A stretch of 64,000 nucleotides of DNA from Candidatus Hydrogenedentota bacterium (lineage in GTDB: Bacteria; Hydrogenedentota; Hydrogenedentia; Hydrogenedentales; SLHB01): the NCBI GenBank assembly GCA_963674865.2, contig CAXXYE010000009.1, positions 1,184,001 through 1,248,000 of the forward strand, given 5' to 3'. Under the pieces are notes generated by a model. That model was not told the origin of the DNA. It saw only the letters and a list, made by a program, of their open reading frames with translations, and searched no databases. The position numbers and the translations under genes were made by a program. Position 1 is the first letter of the stretch. Each line of letters begins with the position of its first letter. Below are positions 10,432 through 21,400 of the stretch, in pieces.

Positions 10432-11352
10432 GTGCATAGACTAGTAGCCATACTGACGTTCACTATACTGAGTTGGGGGGGGCTCCCGGTATGGGCGGAC
10501 ACGGTTGTCTTCAAAGACGGCACTGAGGTGAACGGCAAGATCCACGAACTGAACGCGCACAGTATCGCGCTGGAAACCGGCGGCGGGCGCATGGTTATCC
10601 AGCGTTCAGAATTGCTGCGGACTGAAACAAACGACCTAATGGGCAGCGGAGACCGCTTCCAGCACATGCGTTCGCGTGCGGAGCTTCGCGAGGCGGCCCT
10701 CACCAAGCGGACAGGGCTTGACAAAGAACAGCGTGCCCGTGTGCGAGGTCTCATTCGGCCGCTCCAGTCGACGAATCCCGCTGAACAGGCGGAGGCGATC
10801 AGGGCTTTGGTCGCCATGGATAAGGAAGTCGGGATCTACAATTACCTCCTGGGCTACCTACCGCATTTGTCCGATCGCTTCGCGCCGGGTGTGCTCGAGG
10901 CAATGGTGGGGATGGATTCCGAGCGGGCTGCGGCCACGGTGAGGGCACAGACGGCGAGCCCGCGGTTTGTTCAACGCGCCAAGGCCGTCGAACTTATGGG
11001 GAGGATGAAGGACACGGCCCACCTTGATACCATTGCCCGTGGCATGCTCGATCCAAGTTCGACGGTGCAAGTGGCGGCAGCCGAAGGGCTTGGCTATGCC
11101 GCGGACCAGAGGGCCACGCCGGTGCTGATCGAAGGATTGAGCAGTGCGGACCGGCGCCTCCAGAACGCGTCCCGGCGAGCTTTGAGCCGGATCTGGAGTA
11201 CGGATCAGAGTGTATTGGATTTCGGCTCTCGGGAGGAATGGGAACGTTTCTGGCAAGATCGCCGACCTGGCGTTACGGGCGCCATCGACCCGGCCACGCT
11301 GAAGCCTCTCGTGGCGCCCATACGCGAGAACGTTAGCCGCCAACACGAATAG
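10432..11352 (+). CDS. Exported HEAT-repeat protein
   Basis: Signal peptide; repeats RAKAVELMG, VQVAAAEGLG, LQNASRRALSRI. Confidence 0.75.
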   Translation: MHRLVAILTFTILSWGGLPVWADTVVFKDGTEVNGKIHELNAHSIALETGGGRMVIQRSELLRTETNDLMGSGDRFQHMRSRAELREAALTKRTGLDKEQRARVRGLIRPLQSTNPAEQAEAIRALVAMDKEVGIYNYLLGYLPHLSDRFAPGVLEAMVGMDSERAAATVRAQTASPRFVQRAKAVELMGRMKDTAHLDTIARGMLDPSSTVQVAAAEGLGYAADQRATPVLIEGLSSADRRLQNASRRALSRIWSTDQSVLDFGSREEWERFWQDRRPGVTGAIDPATLKPLVAPIRENVSRQHE

Positions 11353-11362
11353 CGGCCTTACT

Positions 11363-12328
11363 TCACGCCTGTCGGCGTGCGCGTCGGGCCAGCGTGCTGC
11401 ACGTCATCCATTCCAGGGAGTCGCCGAACACGGCGTCGATGCGCCGGAAGAGTGTCTCGAGTCCAACCAGGCCGGAAGCACGCCCTTCAGCGAACAGCGA
11501 TTGCCAGTGCGTAAGGATGACGATTGGCATGCCTTGGTTAAAGAGTTCCCTGATATCGCCGCGCCTGCCGTCTTGAGACAGGAGTTTGTCCGCACCATCG
11601 AGTGCTGCACGCCTTGACGCCCTTTGAGAAGTCTGGTTTTGGGTAGGCCAGAAGTGGTCATCTGTCGTGGCGGGCACCGTCACGATCTCTCGGCCCGTCT
11701 TCGCGTCCGCCCATACAATCCAGGGCCAGCGCGCGTTGGCGGGCGTCAGGCAGTGGAGGAAGTACCACGTGCGCTTCCGGCGGTGGATCCGCCACTGAGC
11801 GTCCGCGATGGCCCGGGCGTAGTCGAGTTCGTTGTGTTCCCCGGCGGCCCAGGGCGACGTCGCGCCGTTGGCCGGGAGGCCCACCTTTTTCAGAATACGA
11901 AATGCCAAGGCAAGGTAATCCGTCATTTCCTCGGCGCTCGCTCGGGCCCCCCACTCATCTTCGTACAGGTGATGATAGCCGCGTCCGTCAATGCGGAAGG
12001 CTGCTTGATGCGTGAGCAGCTCCGGCGTGATGTCGAAGCGGGGAGCGATGTGTTCCCGAACCACCTTGATGAAAGCCCTGAGGTGATTCTGCGGGACATG
12101 GGCGAGCTTGTCATCAATCCGTCCGAGGCCTGAGGGCATCGGAAGCACGCTGAACTTGCCGCGCACATTGTAGGCCGCGCAGAGGTCGGCGAAGTCCCGG
12201 GTGAAGGTGTTCGGAACAAGCATCACGCGCTCGCGATCGGGATGAAGCCAATACATCGGATTGACGGCGGAGCCGTCATCGACTAGCAGTGTGATGGGCA
12301 GCGTCATGTGCGTCTTTTCTCGAGTCAT
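11363..12328 (-). CDS. Hypothetical protein, possible deacetylase/GH57-like barrel
   Basis: 321-aa ORF at end of glycan cluster; ITLLVDD start, ELLTH, ILTHWQS. Confidence 0.5.
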   Translation of the reverse strand: MTREKTHMTLPITLLVDDGSAVNPMYWLHPDRERVMLVPNTFTRDFADLCAAYNVRGKFSVLPMPSGLGRIDDKLAHVPQNHLRAFIKVVREHIAPRFDITPELLTHQAAFRIDGRGYHHLYEDEWGARASAEEMTDYLALAFRILKKVGLPANGATSPWAAGEHNELDYARAIADAQWRIHRRKRTWYFLHCLTPANARWPWIVWADAKTGREIVTVPATTDDHFWPTQNQTSQRASRRAALDGADKLLSQDGRRGDIRELFNQGMPIVILTHWQSLFAEGRASGLVGLETLFRRIDAVFGDSLEWMTCSTLARRARRQA

Positions 12329-12349
12329 GGCGTGTCCGGGGGGACTGCG

Positions 12350-15300
12350 TCATCCCGGCGTCTCGCGCTTCCAGACGCCCGTTGGCGTGATGTCCAGTTG
12401 GTCGCCGGCTCCGACGTTCACGATCCAGACATCGTCACCCGCGGCGAAGGCATGGCCCTCTGGAAGCGGTGCGGCGAGATGGATGGCTCCATCTTCGACC
12501 TCCGTAATCGGCCACGCCGTTGTGAGGGCGAGGTCGGCGGCATACGTGCCGCGATAGACGGGCGCGAACATGAACGCTGTATCGGTTTCGAGCGCTGTTG
12601 CCGCCACGCCTTTTAGCCGTGCGCGGCCCACGAGAAGCGCATCCCCCGTTGTCAGGAGAAGTTCGTCGCCTTCCAGGCTAGCGGCGGCAACCGGATGCGC
12701 CGTCTTGCGGATATCATTCTTGAAGTGCGCCACGCGGCCCACGAGGGATGCGGGGTCGAAGGACGCACCATGGGCCTTCATCTTCACGTGGACAAGCTGC
12801 TTGTCAGGTTCTACACTTGAGACAACGCCGCTGGGGAGGGGCTCGGCCTCGAGCCGCTTGCCTTGGACGTGCATGGACTCCCCGCCCGCGAAGAACGCGC
12901 CGGCAGGTTGCCCCTCAGCATCGATGCGTACGACGGCCGCCTGTGCCGCCGTCTTGATGCCGAAGGTGCGCACGTGTTTCCGAGATTGCGAGGGGTCGTA
13001 CATGATCACGTCAACGGCTCCGTCCAGGCGCCGGACGGCGACGCAGATGCCGTGGCCCTTGTCGAGCGGTACGAATTCGGCCGCCTCGATGACGGGAGCG
13101 CCCGCGAAGGGTTCAATGACGCTCACAAACCGGCTGCAGAGTGTCTTGCCCGTTCGTCGAGCGATCAGATATGTGAGGAGTTCCCGCTGACGGACGGGGG
13201 ACACCTGCGCGTTCGCCAGGATGATCTCCTGCCCCGGTTGCTCGAGGAGCCGTATGCGGAGCTTCGCGTCCGGATCCTTCTCGTGACGCCACTCGCCCAC
13301 CCATGAGCCACCGCGATGCCGCCGGACGTTCATGAAGTGCTGGAATCCCGATCCCTGGTAGTCGCCGTAGCCTCCGTCGTATCCCTCAGCGCCTAGAACG
13401 GGGTCGTCGTAGATCTGCGCCAAGGCCACGTCCTCACCGGCGAGCGTCCCTTTGGCCTGCGCTTCCCAGTCGCCGCCGATGGCCTCGAACTCGCCAGGCG
13501 GGCCGTGGAGGGCATAGTCGTGCTCCGATCCTCCCTCCACCGTGAACACGTCGAGGAAATACGAATGCGCATCATCGATGTCTACCATCAGCAATTGCCG
13601 GCGGTAGGTTGTGCATTGAGGATAGGTCTCCGGGGCGTCTACGTCGAGCACGCGGGCAAAAGGGCAGCCCGCGAATAGCTGCACCGTGCCAGCTTGGTTC
13701 ACAGGCTGCTTTGATGTATCCACGGTAACTGTGTTGTGGCAAATCGTGTTCTTGGACCACGTGAAAATCCCGGGCACATAGGCGTTCATGAAGTCCGGAT
13801 AGCCCAAGTCCGGCATCATAGGCTGGCCGTTGGCAAATACGTCGAAGTGCATCCGATCCATGTGCCCATGCCCGCCGTGGAGGCCGTAGTACAACGAGGC
13901 TGAGATGCTGTCGGCGGGATTATTGAGGATTCCCATACCGTATCCATCCAACAGGCGCGAAGGCTGGGGGAACAGCGGGGCGTCGGAGGTGTCGAGCGGC
14001 GGAAGAAAGAGCGACTCATACGATGTGAAGCACGCGTCGCCGGTTGCCTTGAATCCGGCCAGATGACGCAGATATCGCGGATCGCGATAAGCTCGGTAGG
14101 CGGCTTGATAGACTACGGCGTCCTCGCCCACCTTGCCTCCCCAGACATTGCCGCTATCGCCCACGGCGGACGTGAACTGGCCGCAATTGACGATGTCCAG
14201 CACACCGTCGTACAGCCAGTGCATCTTCGGACTGGCATAGAGGTCGCGGCCGGCGAGCTTCAAGGCCTCCGCGATATCCGTCAGATTCCGAACCCAACTG
14301 AAGTTGTACCCGGGCGCGGTCTCGTAAGGCGGGCCATCGCGGTAGACGAGGTTGTACAGGGCATAATTGAGTCCAATGTGGGAGCGCCCCGCGTCGGCCC
14401 GCGTGAAAAGGCCATCGAGCCATTCGTCGGTGGCGCCGTGCTGACGCGCAAGCGCCGTGAACACCAGCGCCCGCTGATGCATGCCGAAATTGCCTCGGAC
14501 CTCCTCCGCGAAATAGGCGTCAACGCCTTCCTCGAGGATATTAGCCTCGATATGGGCGCGGATCTGCTCGCCCGTTCGGCCCGTCAGCGCCTGCAAAGCC
14601 GCGTCGTCATCAATGGTTTCCCACACATTGTCGTAGGCTTCGGCCATGGTGCGCAGTACGCCCGTTTCCCAGATGCTGTTGACGATCTTGCCGCCGTAGT
14701 GGTGGCCTCGAGCTTCCTGCAACTGCCCGTAGCGGGATTGGTTGTGGTAATCCATGGCGGGATAGACTTCCGCGATACGATCCAGCATGACGGCGGCCTG
14801 ATGGGCGAAGCGCCTGTCTCCCGTGAGCACGTAGGCGCGGCTGAGGTCGCCGAGGGCGGGGATGATGTGGTTTTCCCACATCCAATGATTGGCGTATCCG
14901 ACGAGCCAGTATCGCTCGCCGTCGGGGCCGACCCATCCCCAGCCATCATCGCTGTACTTGCCCTTGAGAGCGGACTTGTCTTCGAATCCGCTGCGGTAGT
15001 AGGCGGCAAAGTCGTTGTCTGGGAAGATCCCTCCGCAGACGGGACACTCGATTTTGAAAGGCTTCTTGGGATCCACGATCCATGGGTAGAATCCCCTGCC
15101 TTCGTAGATCTTGTCCCCGCACACCGGGCAGCCCTTCGTACTGACGTTGAACGCCCGGGGCACGTCGGCCGAGGGGAGTAAGTCGCGGAGAGCCTGATCC
15201 GGCCAGTCCGCCCATGCCGAAGCTGCCCGAATGATCCCGTTTGCCACGGCCTTGGCGGCGGGATATGTCTCGATGTTTCTCTTGGCCTGCTCAATCTGCG

Positions 15301-15442
15301 CGTTCGTGAGCAGCATGCGGGCGGTCTTGAGAGGGAACTGCGGCTGTCGCGGTTTTCCCGTGTTGGCTGCCGCCGCCGCCTTTGCCGCCATGCCCAACGC
15401 CGCCAACTCCGCCAACACGACTGCAATCATGGTGAACCGCAT
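12350..15442 (-). CDS. Secreted heparinase II/III-family polysaccharide lyase-like protein
   Basis: Signal peptide, ETAPGYN, GHGHMDRMHF, PDLGY, HNTVTVD. Confidence 0.8.
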   Translation of the reverse strand: MRFTMIAVVLAELAALGMAAKAAAAANTGKPRQPQFPLKTARMLLTNAQIEQAKRNIETYPAAKAVANGIIRAASAWADWPDQALRDLLPSADVPRAFNVSTKGCPVCGDKIYEGRGFYPWIVDPKKPFKIECPVCGGIFPDNDFAAYYRSGFEDKSALKGKYSDDGWGWVGPDGERYWLVGYANHWMWENHIIPALGDLSRAYVLTGDRRFAHQAAVMLDRIAEVYPAMDYHNQSRYGQLQEARGHHYGGKIVNSIWETGVLRTMAEAYDNVWETIDDDAALQALTGRTGEQIRAHIEANILEEGVDAYFAEEVRGNFGMHQRALVFTALARQHGATDEWLDGLFTRADAGRSHIGLNYALYNLVYRDGPPYETAPGYNFSWVRNLTDIAEALKLAGRDLYASPKMHWLYDGVLDIVNCGQFTSAVGDSGNVWGGKVGEDAVVYQAAYRAYRDPRYLRHLAGFKATGDACFTSYESLFLPPLDTSDAPLFPQPSRLLDGYGMGILNNPADSISASLYYGLHGGHGHMDRMHFDVFANGQPMMPDLGYPDFMNAYVPGIFTWSKNTICHNTVTVDTSKQPVNQAGTVQLFAGCPFARVLDVDAPETYPQCTTYRRQLLMVDIDDAHSYFLDVFTVEGGSEHDYALHGPPGEFEAIGGDWEAQAKGTLAGEDVALAQIYDDPVLGAEGYDGGYGDYQGSGFQHFMNVRRHRGGSWVGEWRHEKDPDAKLRIRLLEQPGQEIILANAQVSPVRQRELLTYLIARRTGKTLCSRFVSVIEPFAGAPVIEAAEFVPLDKGHGICVAVRRLDGAVDVIMYDPSQSRKHVRTFGIKTAAQAAVVRIDAEGQPAGAFFAGGESMHVQGKRLEAEPLPSGVVSSVEPDKQLVHVKMKAHGASFDPASLVGRVAHFKNDIRKTAHPVAAASLEGDELLLTTGDALLVGRARLKGVAATALETDTAFMFAPVYRGTYAADLALTTAWPITEVEDGAIHLAAPLPEGHAFAAGDDVWIVNVGAGDQLDITPTGVWKRETPG

Positions 15443-15508
15443 GACTCCCTCCCGTCGTCGGATCCGCGTAAGAGCGCCCGTTTGGGAGAGTATATCACCC
15501 TCTCGTAG

Positions 15509-16384
15509 CTACCGCCGCGATTCCTCGGGAAACAGATCCACCAACTCCTGTGTGGTTACAAAGGTTACCTGACAGCGTGCGGCGTCCAGGAAATCGACAA
15601 ATGGCTCCCAGTAGTCGTACTCGTTCTTGTCTCCGGTGTACCAGCCGTGAACCAGGACCACCAGCGGGCGGCGGTTGGCGATGGCCTCATCCAGGGCGGC
15701 CTCAAGGGCCTCGCCCCACTCCTCGCCTGTCATTTCGAGGCCGATGGCGCAGCCGATGTCGCATAGATATACGGGCTCGCCGTTGTGCTCGACAGTGGTA
15801 ATGGGAACGGCGTGGAATGCGTGCTCCGGGAACGGGTAGGGCGCGAAGTCCTCCTCATGGCCCTCGGCGTAGAGGAGGCCTGCTTTGAATCCGCTGTTGT
15901 AGGCAAAGCCCAACTCATCCAGTACGTCATAGGTGTCTTCGTTCTGGCTGAAATACTGAGGCCGGAAGCCTGTGACGGGAATGTACGTGCCGCAGGGCTT
16001 GCACCCTTCGAGGGCCTGCTTGGCGCGTGAGAGCAGATCCAGTTGCTCCTCATACGTCATCGTGGCCAGTTGTTCCCCGGTGTAGTATCCGTGCAGGGCG
16101 ACCTCATGACCGCGCCCGAAAAGGCCCCGAATGCGCGGGTTGTTCCGGTTGGCGTAGTCGCCGGTGACATACAATGTGGCGTCGATCCCCCGTACGTCCA
16201 GGGCGTTCATGATGCGCGTAAGCCCCTCCGTGTCATCGAGCTCAGCGTCCACCTGGATGTTCACGTACACGCCGTCGACGGGATCCGTTGTACATGGCAG
16301 AAAGGGGCATCCCACACTGAGCGGGAGCATCAGCAGGATAAGCAAGACTGTAGATGATTTGGCAAGAAGCTGTGTGGACTTCAT
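15509..16384 (-). CDS. Polysaccharide deacetylase (NodB-like), probable lipoprotein
   Basis: Lipobox-like LSVGC; VDAE, GHEVALHGY, GFRP, VLVHGW; true start ATG 16384. Confidence 0.75.
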   Translation of the reverse strand: MKSTQLLAKSSTVLLILLMLPLSVGCPFLPCTTDPVDGVYVNIQVDAELDDTEGLTRIMNALDVRGIDATLYVTGDYANRNNPRIRGLFGRGHEVALHGYYTGEQLATMTYEEQLDLLSRAKQALEGCKPCGTYIPVTGFRPQYFSQNEDTYDVLDELGFAYNSGFKAGLLYAEGHEEDFAPYPFPEHAFHAVPITTVEHNGEPVYLCDIGCAIGLEMTGEEWGEALEAALDEAIANRRPLVVLVHGWYTGDKNEYDYWEPFVDFLDAARCQVTFVTTQELVDLFPEESRR

Positions 16385-16461
16385 CCTTCCATTCTCCCCG
16401 TTTTCTGAAGTTACTGGGATTATACAGAGTCTGCGATGTCCCCGTCCGCTCCCATATACGC

Positions 16462-18402
16462 TCACTGTACAAACTTCGGGGCGGAGTGGTGCGCTATCTT
16501 CTGCATTAAGAAGCGGCACTGACTCCGAATGACCGTAAGTATAACGTTTCCGGGGGCATTCAGGCGCTTGCGGACGCGCACGCCGGTGATGCCGCTTCTG
16601 AGGGAAGCGGTCTTCTACCTCCGTCTCGTACCACGTCCTGCCGTCCATTCGTTGTGGCCGCGCCGTATACGACGCCTCGATAAGGGCGGAGTCCGGCGTG
16701 GAGCAGTCCGCCCGATCAAACTCCTTCAAATCCCAGTTCACATCCTGCGATGAGATATTGAGGCCCCAGATGATGGGAACCGCGTGTTCGCTGCCGTCCT
16801 CGTACTCGATGACGTACTCGCCCAGGGCGAATTGCTCGTTATCGATGTAATTCCCGTCGACAAATCCCTCGTGGCTCGATGCGTGTATCAGTGGTGTGCA
16901 CGAAAGTGAGGAAACGCGCATTGGGGGCTGCATTTCGCCTCGCCGCCTCGCCGCGGTACCGGTACAGCTCTCTGAAGGTCAGGTCTCGGACCTCGTCGGT
17001 GCGGCTATCGTCGAAGGGCCCCGTTCCAGAACAAGTAGGCCGAATAGACCACATTGAAGAGAATGGCATTTCGCTGGAGCGTCTGGCCGTCGGTGGCCCC
17101 CCAGTTCGAGATGATCGCCCCCTGGACGCCGTCACGGGGCGACGCGCTCACGCCAAGCGGGAAAGCCCAGTCCGGTGAAATTGCCGTAAGTCATCTCCAT
17201 GCCGCGCTTCAGATACTCCAGTTCATAGGTGCGGTTGATGCCCCAGTGACCAGTGAAGGATCCGCAGGTCTTGCGGCACCATATTGATCGCGCGGTAGGT
17301 GGCCGGCGTCTTGGGCTTCTCCGCGCCGCCGATGGGGACGCCGTCCACTCCAGTGCGAGTCCAGGGAACTTCTCGGCCCAAAGCATCGTACGGACGCCCT
17401 TGGCGGCCAAGTGGTCGTAGATCCTGCGAATGTCGCCTGCGTAGAGGTCCTCGGCCTTCTTGCCGCGGCATCGTTTCGCAAAGGCCAATGGTGTAGTACT
17501 CGTCGTGCCCGATGTTGATCGTGGCGGGCTGGAACACCTCGATCACCTCGTCGAACACGTCGAACAGGAGCTTGTAGGAGTCCGGATTTGAGGGGCAATA
17601 GGTGTCGGGGTAGGGGTCTTCGGTACGCTCGTTGAGTTCCGGATGCCTGGTTAGTAGGTAGTCGGAATGGCTCAAGGATGGTACTTCCGGGATGACCTCG
17701 AGCATGCGTTCGCGGCAGTAAGCGGCCAGGTCTTTCACCGCGTCCTGGCTGAGAAACCGGCCCCCACCGTTTTCCGAGTGTATCGAGTTCTTCTCCCAGT
17801 CGTACTGGCCCTGAATCTTGCGGGTCTTGCCCGGATACTCGTTCATCTCGGCGCAATAAGCGACCCACCCGTCATTGATCTCCGGGTGGCGTTTGTACTC
17901 CATGGCGCCCCCGACTTCGAGCATCACGGTGTTGTACTTGTACACGCACAAAAAGTCGATGAACTCTTTGAAGTCGTCGAGCTTGTCCGGCGGCGGGAGC
18001 ATGAGGCTTGACGCCGCGGACTACACACACCGGGAAGTCATAGATCAGGCAATTGCCGAGGAATTGCCCCCGCATCGAGTGGATGAGCGTCTGGCAGCCG
18101 TAGAAGAGGCCCCGCGGCGTCTGGGAATAGATGTCGATGCCGTCGTCGGCCACGAGAATGTGTCCCTCGTCCAGGGACAAATCTTCAACATTGAAGGTGT
18201 TCCGCAAGCGTTTCTCGATGTCCATAGGCAGATCGAGATGGAAGCGGACGTGTGTATAGCTGGGGCCGTCCTCGACATCGGCGGTTAGTGCGTTCCGTAG
18301 CGTTTCGCGGATTATTGGAATATCGCATGTGATATCGACATCCCGCCACAGATACCGGCCTTCTTCCCCTTGCCAGACAAAATGCGGGTGCAAATGCGCC
18401 AT
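16462..18402 (-). pseudogene. GH20 beta-N-acetylhexosaminidase-like gene broken by nine +1 insertions
   Basis: RGLFYGCQTL, IYDFP, VIPEVPSLSH, catalytic NIGHDE spread over ten consecutive frame segments. Confidence 0.82.
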
Positions 18403-18436
18403 GAATTGCTTCCTAATGACCTCCAGACCTGACGCG

Positions 18437-21400
18437 CTACTTGCCCAGCAGAGCGACGCATTCCATCATTTCACCACGCAGACGCTTAACCGTTTCGTCG
18501 TTGTTGGAGGCATCAAGTACGTAGCGAGCAACGCCAAGGCGCGCCTCGGCCAGTGTCTCGACGGCGACGCCTGCGATCTGTTCGTTCAACAGGCGGCGAA
18601 TGCGCGCCTTCACGTTCTCCGTGACGGCAGGTTCGGTGAGTCTCTCACGCAAGGCGATCAGGATACGCGCGTCCTCCATCCCTTCGCGGACGGCCTCCCA
18701 GCGCCGGCAAGAAGTGTGCGTGCCGTCCGGATTGGCATAAACAAGGGGATATTCATGCTCGACGGGTTCCCACATCGAGTCCCCTGAGTTGTAACACCAG
18801 AATCCGATTCCCGTGGCGCCGAAATGGAGTCCGAAGACCGCGGCGAGGCGGTATTGTGCGACGATGTTGATGGTCTTCGTGTTTGCGCCGATGGGCCGTG
18901 CATAGGAATAACCGCAGTCGTAGGACCAGAGCGTCTTGCCGCTTTGTTTGAGGAAATCCATCAGGAGTGAGTCCTCGGAGAGTGCGTAGAAGCCGGGGCA
19001 CCAGATGGCGGCCACTTCGTTCAGCGCCTCAAACATGGCCACGTCGCCGCCGCCGTTCACGTAGAACTTCAGGCCGGGTCGCGCCTTTAGGCCTTGGCGT
19101 GCGAAGGCGATATAGTGTTTTACCGTGTCCCAACCGTGTCCGCCCGGCTCATCGTGGGGATATAGGGCGACATGGTCTTCGTCGATGCCCTTTGCCTCAA
19201 GGTGCGTCATGACTTGCTCGAGGTAGTCGGCGAGGCGGGGCACGTAAGGATCGTCTTCCATGGGGACGCCCAGCGAAGGGATTCCGCTCATGAGCAGGAA
19301 GACGTCATGGCCTGCCAGCGGCGCCATGAACTCATCCAGCGCGGCGAAGTCGACACTGAGCTTTGGGGTGGCTTCTTCGTCAACCGTTACCGGAGGAAGG
19401 CTCGCGGTAAATACGTTATTGCCGTGCGCCAGCAAGTCCGTCACCGCATCTTCGTTGTAGCGGGCCCAGCAGCACAGCCGCATGGCCCCGAAGCCTGCCA
19501 TGTCGAAGGGGAGTACCTCTAAGTTAAGGGCAACCTTCGCTTCCGACGCGCCCGTATCAAGAGAGAGCGCTACGTCGTAGTTGCCGGCCTTCACACCGCT
19601 CAAGTCCGCGTCCAGCCACACTTCGCGCGTCTCGAGCGGAGGAATGGCCATCTTGCCCCCGCGGAGGGGGACGATGGGATCCCATGCGATGGCGCCCTGG
19701 TTCGTCGGGACGGATTTTATCTCGTAGGCCTTGACGGACGGGCCCCCGGGCGTCGTTTCGATATGAGCACCGACGTTCAGGGCCTCGAGCGTCACATTCA
19801 GAAGCTTGACGGATACGGGCTCGTGTTCGCCGGAGATGCATCTGCGTGTGATGCGGAGCGGCGTGGCTACCTCTGAAGGAAGCTCCTTGTCCACGTCCCG
19901 GTTCTCCCAGGTAGTACCTTCAAAGGCTACCACTTGGCTGTCCGGCGTACTTCCGAGGATCGACGGCGCTATCCCGGCAAGCACCAGCGCGCGTTCAGCC
20001 CGGGCGTTGAGCGCCGCGGTACGCACATTGAGTTGCTCGATGAACGCGGGCGGCGCGCCGGGCGCGGCAACCTGTAGGGACGCCAGAGCGGAGGCTTCTT
20101 TTTCGATGCCAAGCGCTTCCTGATGCATCGCGGCCTCTAGGCCCTTGCCCTTCTTGATTTCTTCCGCGGCCGCCATTGCCTTCCCGAGTGCGAGGACAGC
20201 GCGCCTCGCGAGGGCCTGGTCGTTCTGGTAAGGCGAGAGGGTCAGTTCGCGCGAACCGGCAGCAAGCGGGACGCCCTCGGCGCTCTTGAGCGCCCATTCA
20301 AATCGATACACTCCCGGCGCGGTTATCGCCACGGGGATCTTGAGCAGGCCCTCGCGGCCCACGGCCTTCCCGACCGCCAGTTGCCGCGAGCCATCCGGCC
20401 GAATACATGCCGCTTCGGCCAGCAGCGGAGCATCGCCCGGACTCGGATTCACGATCCGAAATGTCAGGTCGCCCCCCGTAAGGAGGAGGTCCCAATTGAG
20501 GTTCTCGGGCGTCATTCGGGCGGTGTCCGTGCTGACGAATCCGAGCCAGGCCCCCGTCAGCCGGTTGTCCCCTCGGTAGGTTCGCCACTGAGCCCGGCTG
20601 TCGACGGGCGCCGATGTCCCGAAGCAGAACATCCGCCCGGACTCGCCGCCCGTAACCGCGAATTCGAGGCCGGGGCGCTTCTTGATGATGTCGCCGTAGG
20701 CCGTTGTAACGTTGATTGTGCGGTTGTCGAATTGATGGCTGTAGACGATCTCGCCCGCGCGGTCGAGTGCTAATAGGCTGCCCCGCTGTGTGCACAGCAC
20801 GTATTCGAGCGCGTCATCGCCGTCAAGGTCGATGATGGCGCCTGACGCCAGACTTCGGCCTTGGGTGTCAATATCCCAGAGTACGCGGCCCTCCTCATCG
20901 AACCGGTAGAGCACCCCTAGTTCCGTTACCGCAAACAAGTCGGCCCGCCCATCGGCGTCGAAGTCTCCGACGGAGAGTGTCGAGGCGACGGCGCCGCGAG
21001 TCGGCTGCTCCCATAAGACGTCACCTTGCGCATTGAGACAGAAGAATCGCCCGTCGTGTGATGCCGCCGCCACGCACACCTGTCTTTTGGAATCGCCGTA
21101 GATGACGGGCGACGCGATGGCCCAGAAGGGAGCCGTGCCGCCCACGGCGAACTCCCAAACAACCTGGCCCGAGGCATTCAGGGCGAAGACCTTTCCTGCC
21201 CCCATGGCAACGACGGTTTCGAGCGTGCCATCCCCATCCAGATCGCCCACCGCCGGGCTCGAACACTCGCTCTCCAGCCGGCGTTCCCATCTGACTTCAC
21301 CCGTAAGGGCGTCAAGGGCCGTCACCACACCCAATTGATCGCCTTGGATGACCTCGATGGCTCCGTCCCCAGTAAGATCGGCGAGCGCGGGTGAGGAGCA

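Noticed and set aside
15509..16933. 474-aa ORF suggesting a fusion protein
   Set aside because: The first about 100 aa are a frameshifted GH20 fragment; the deacetylase begins at 16384 with its own lipoprotein signal
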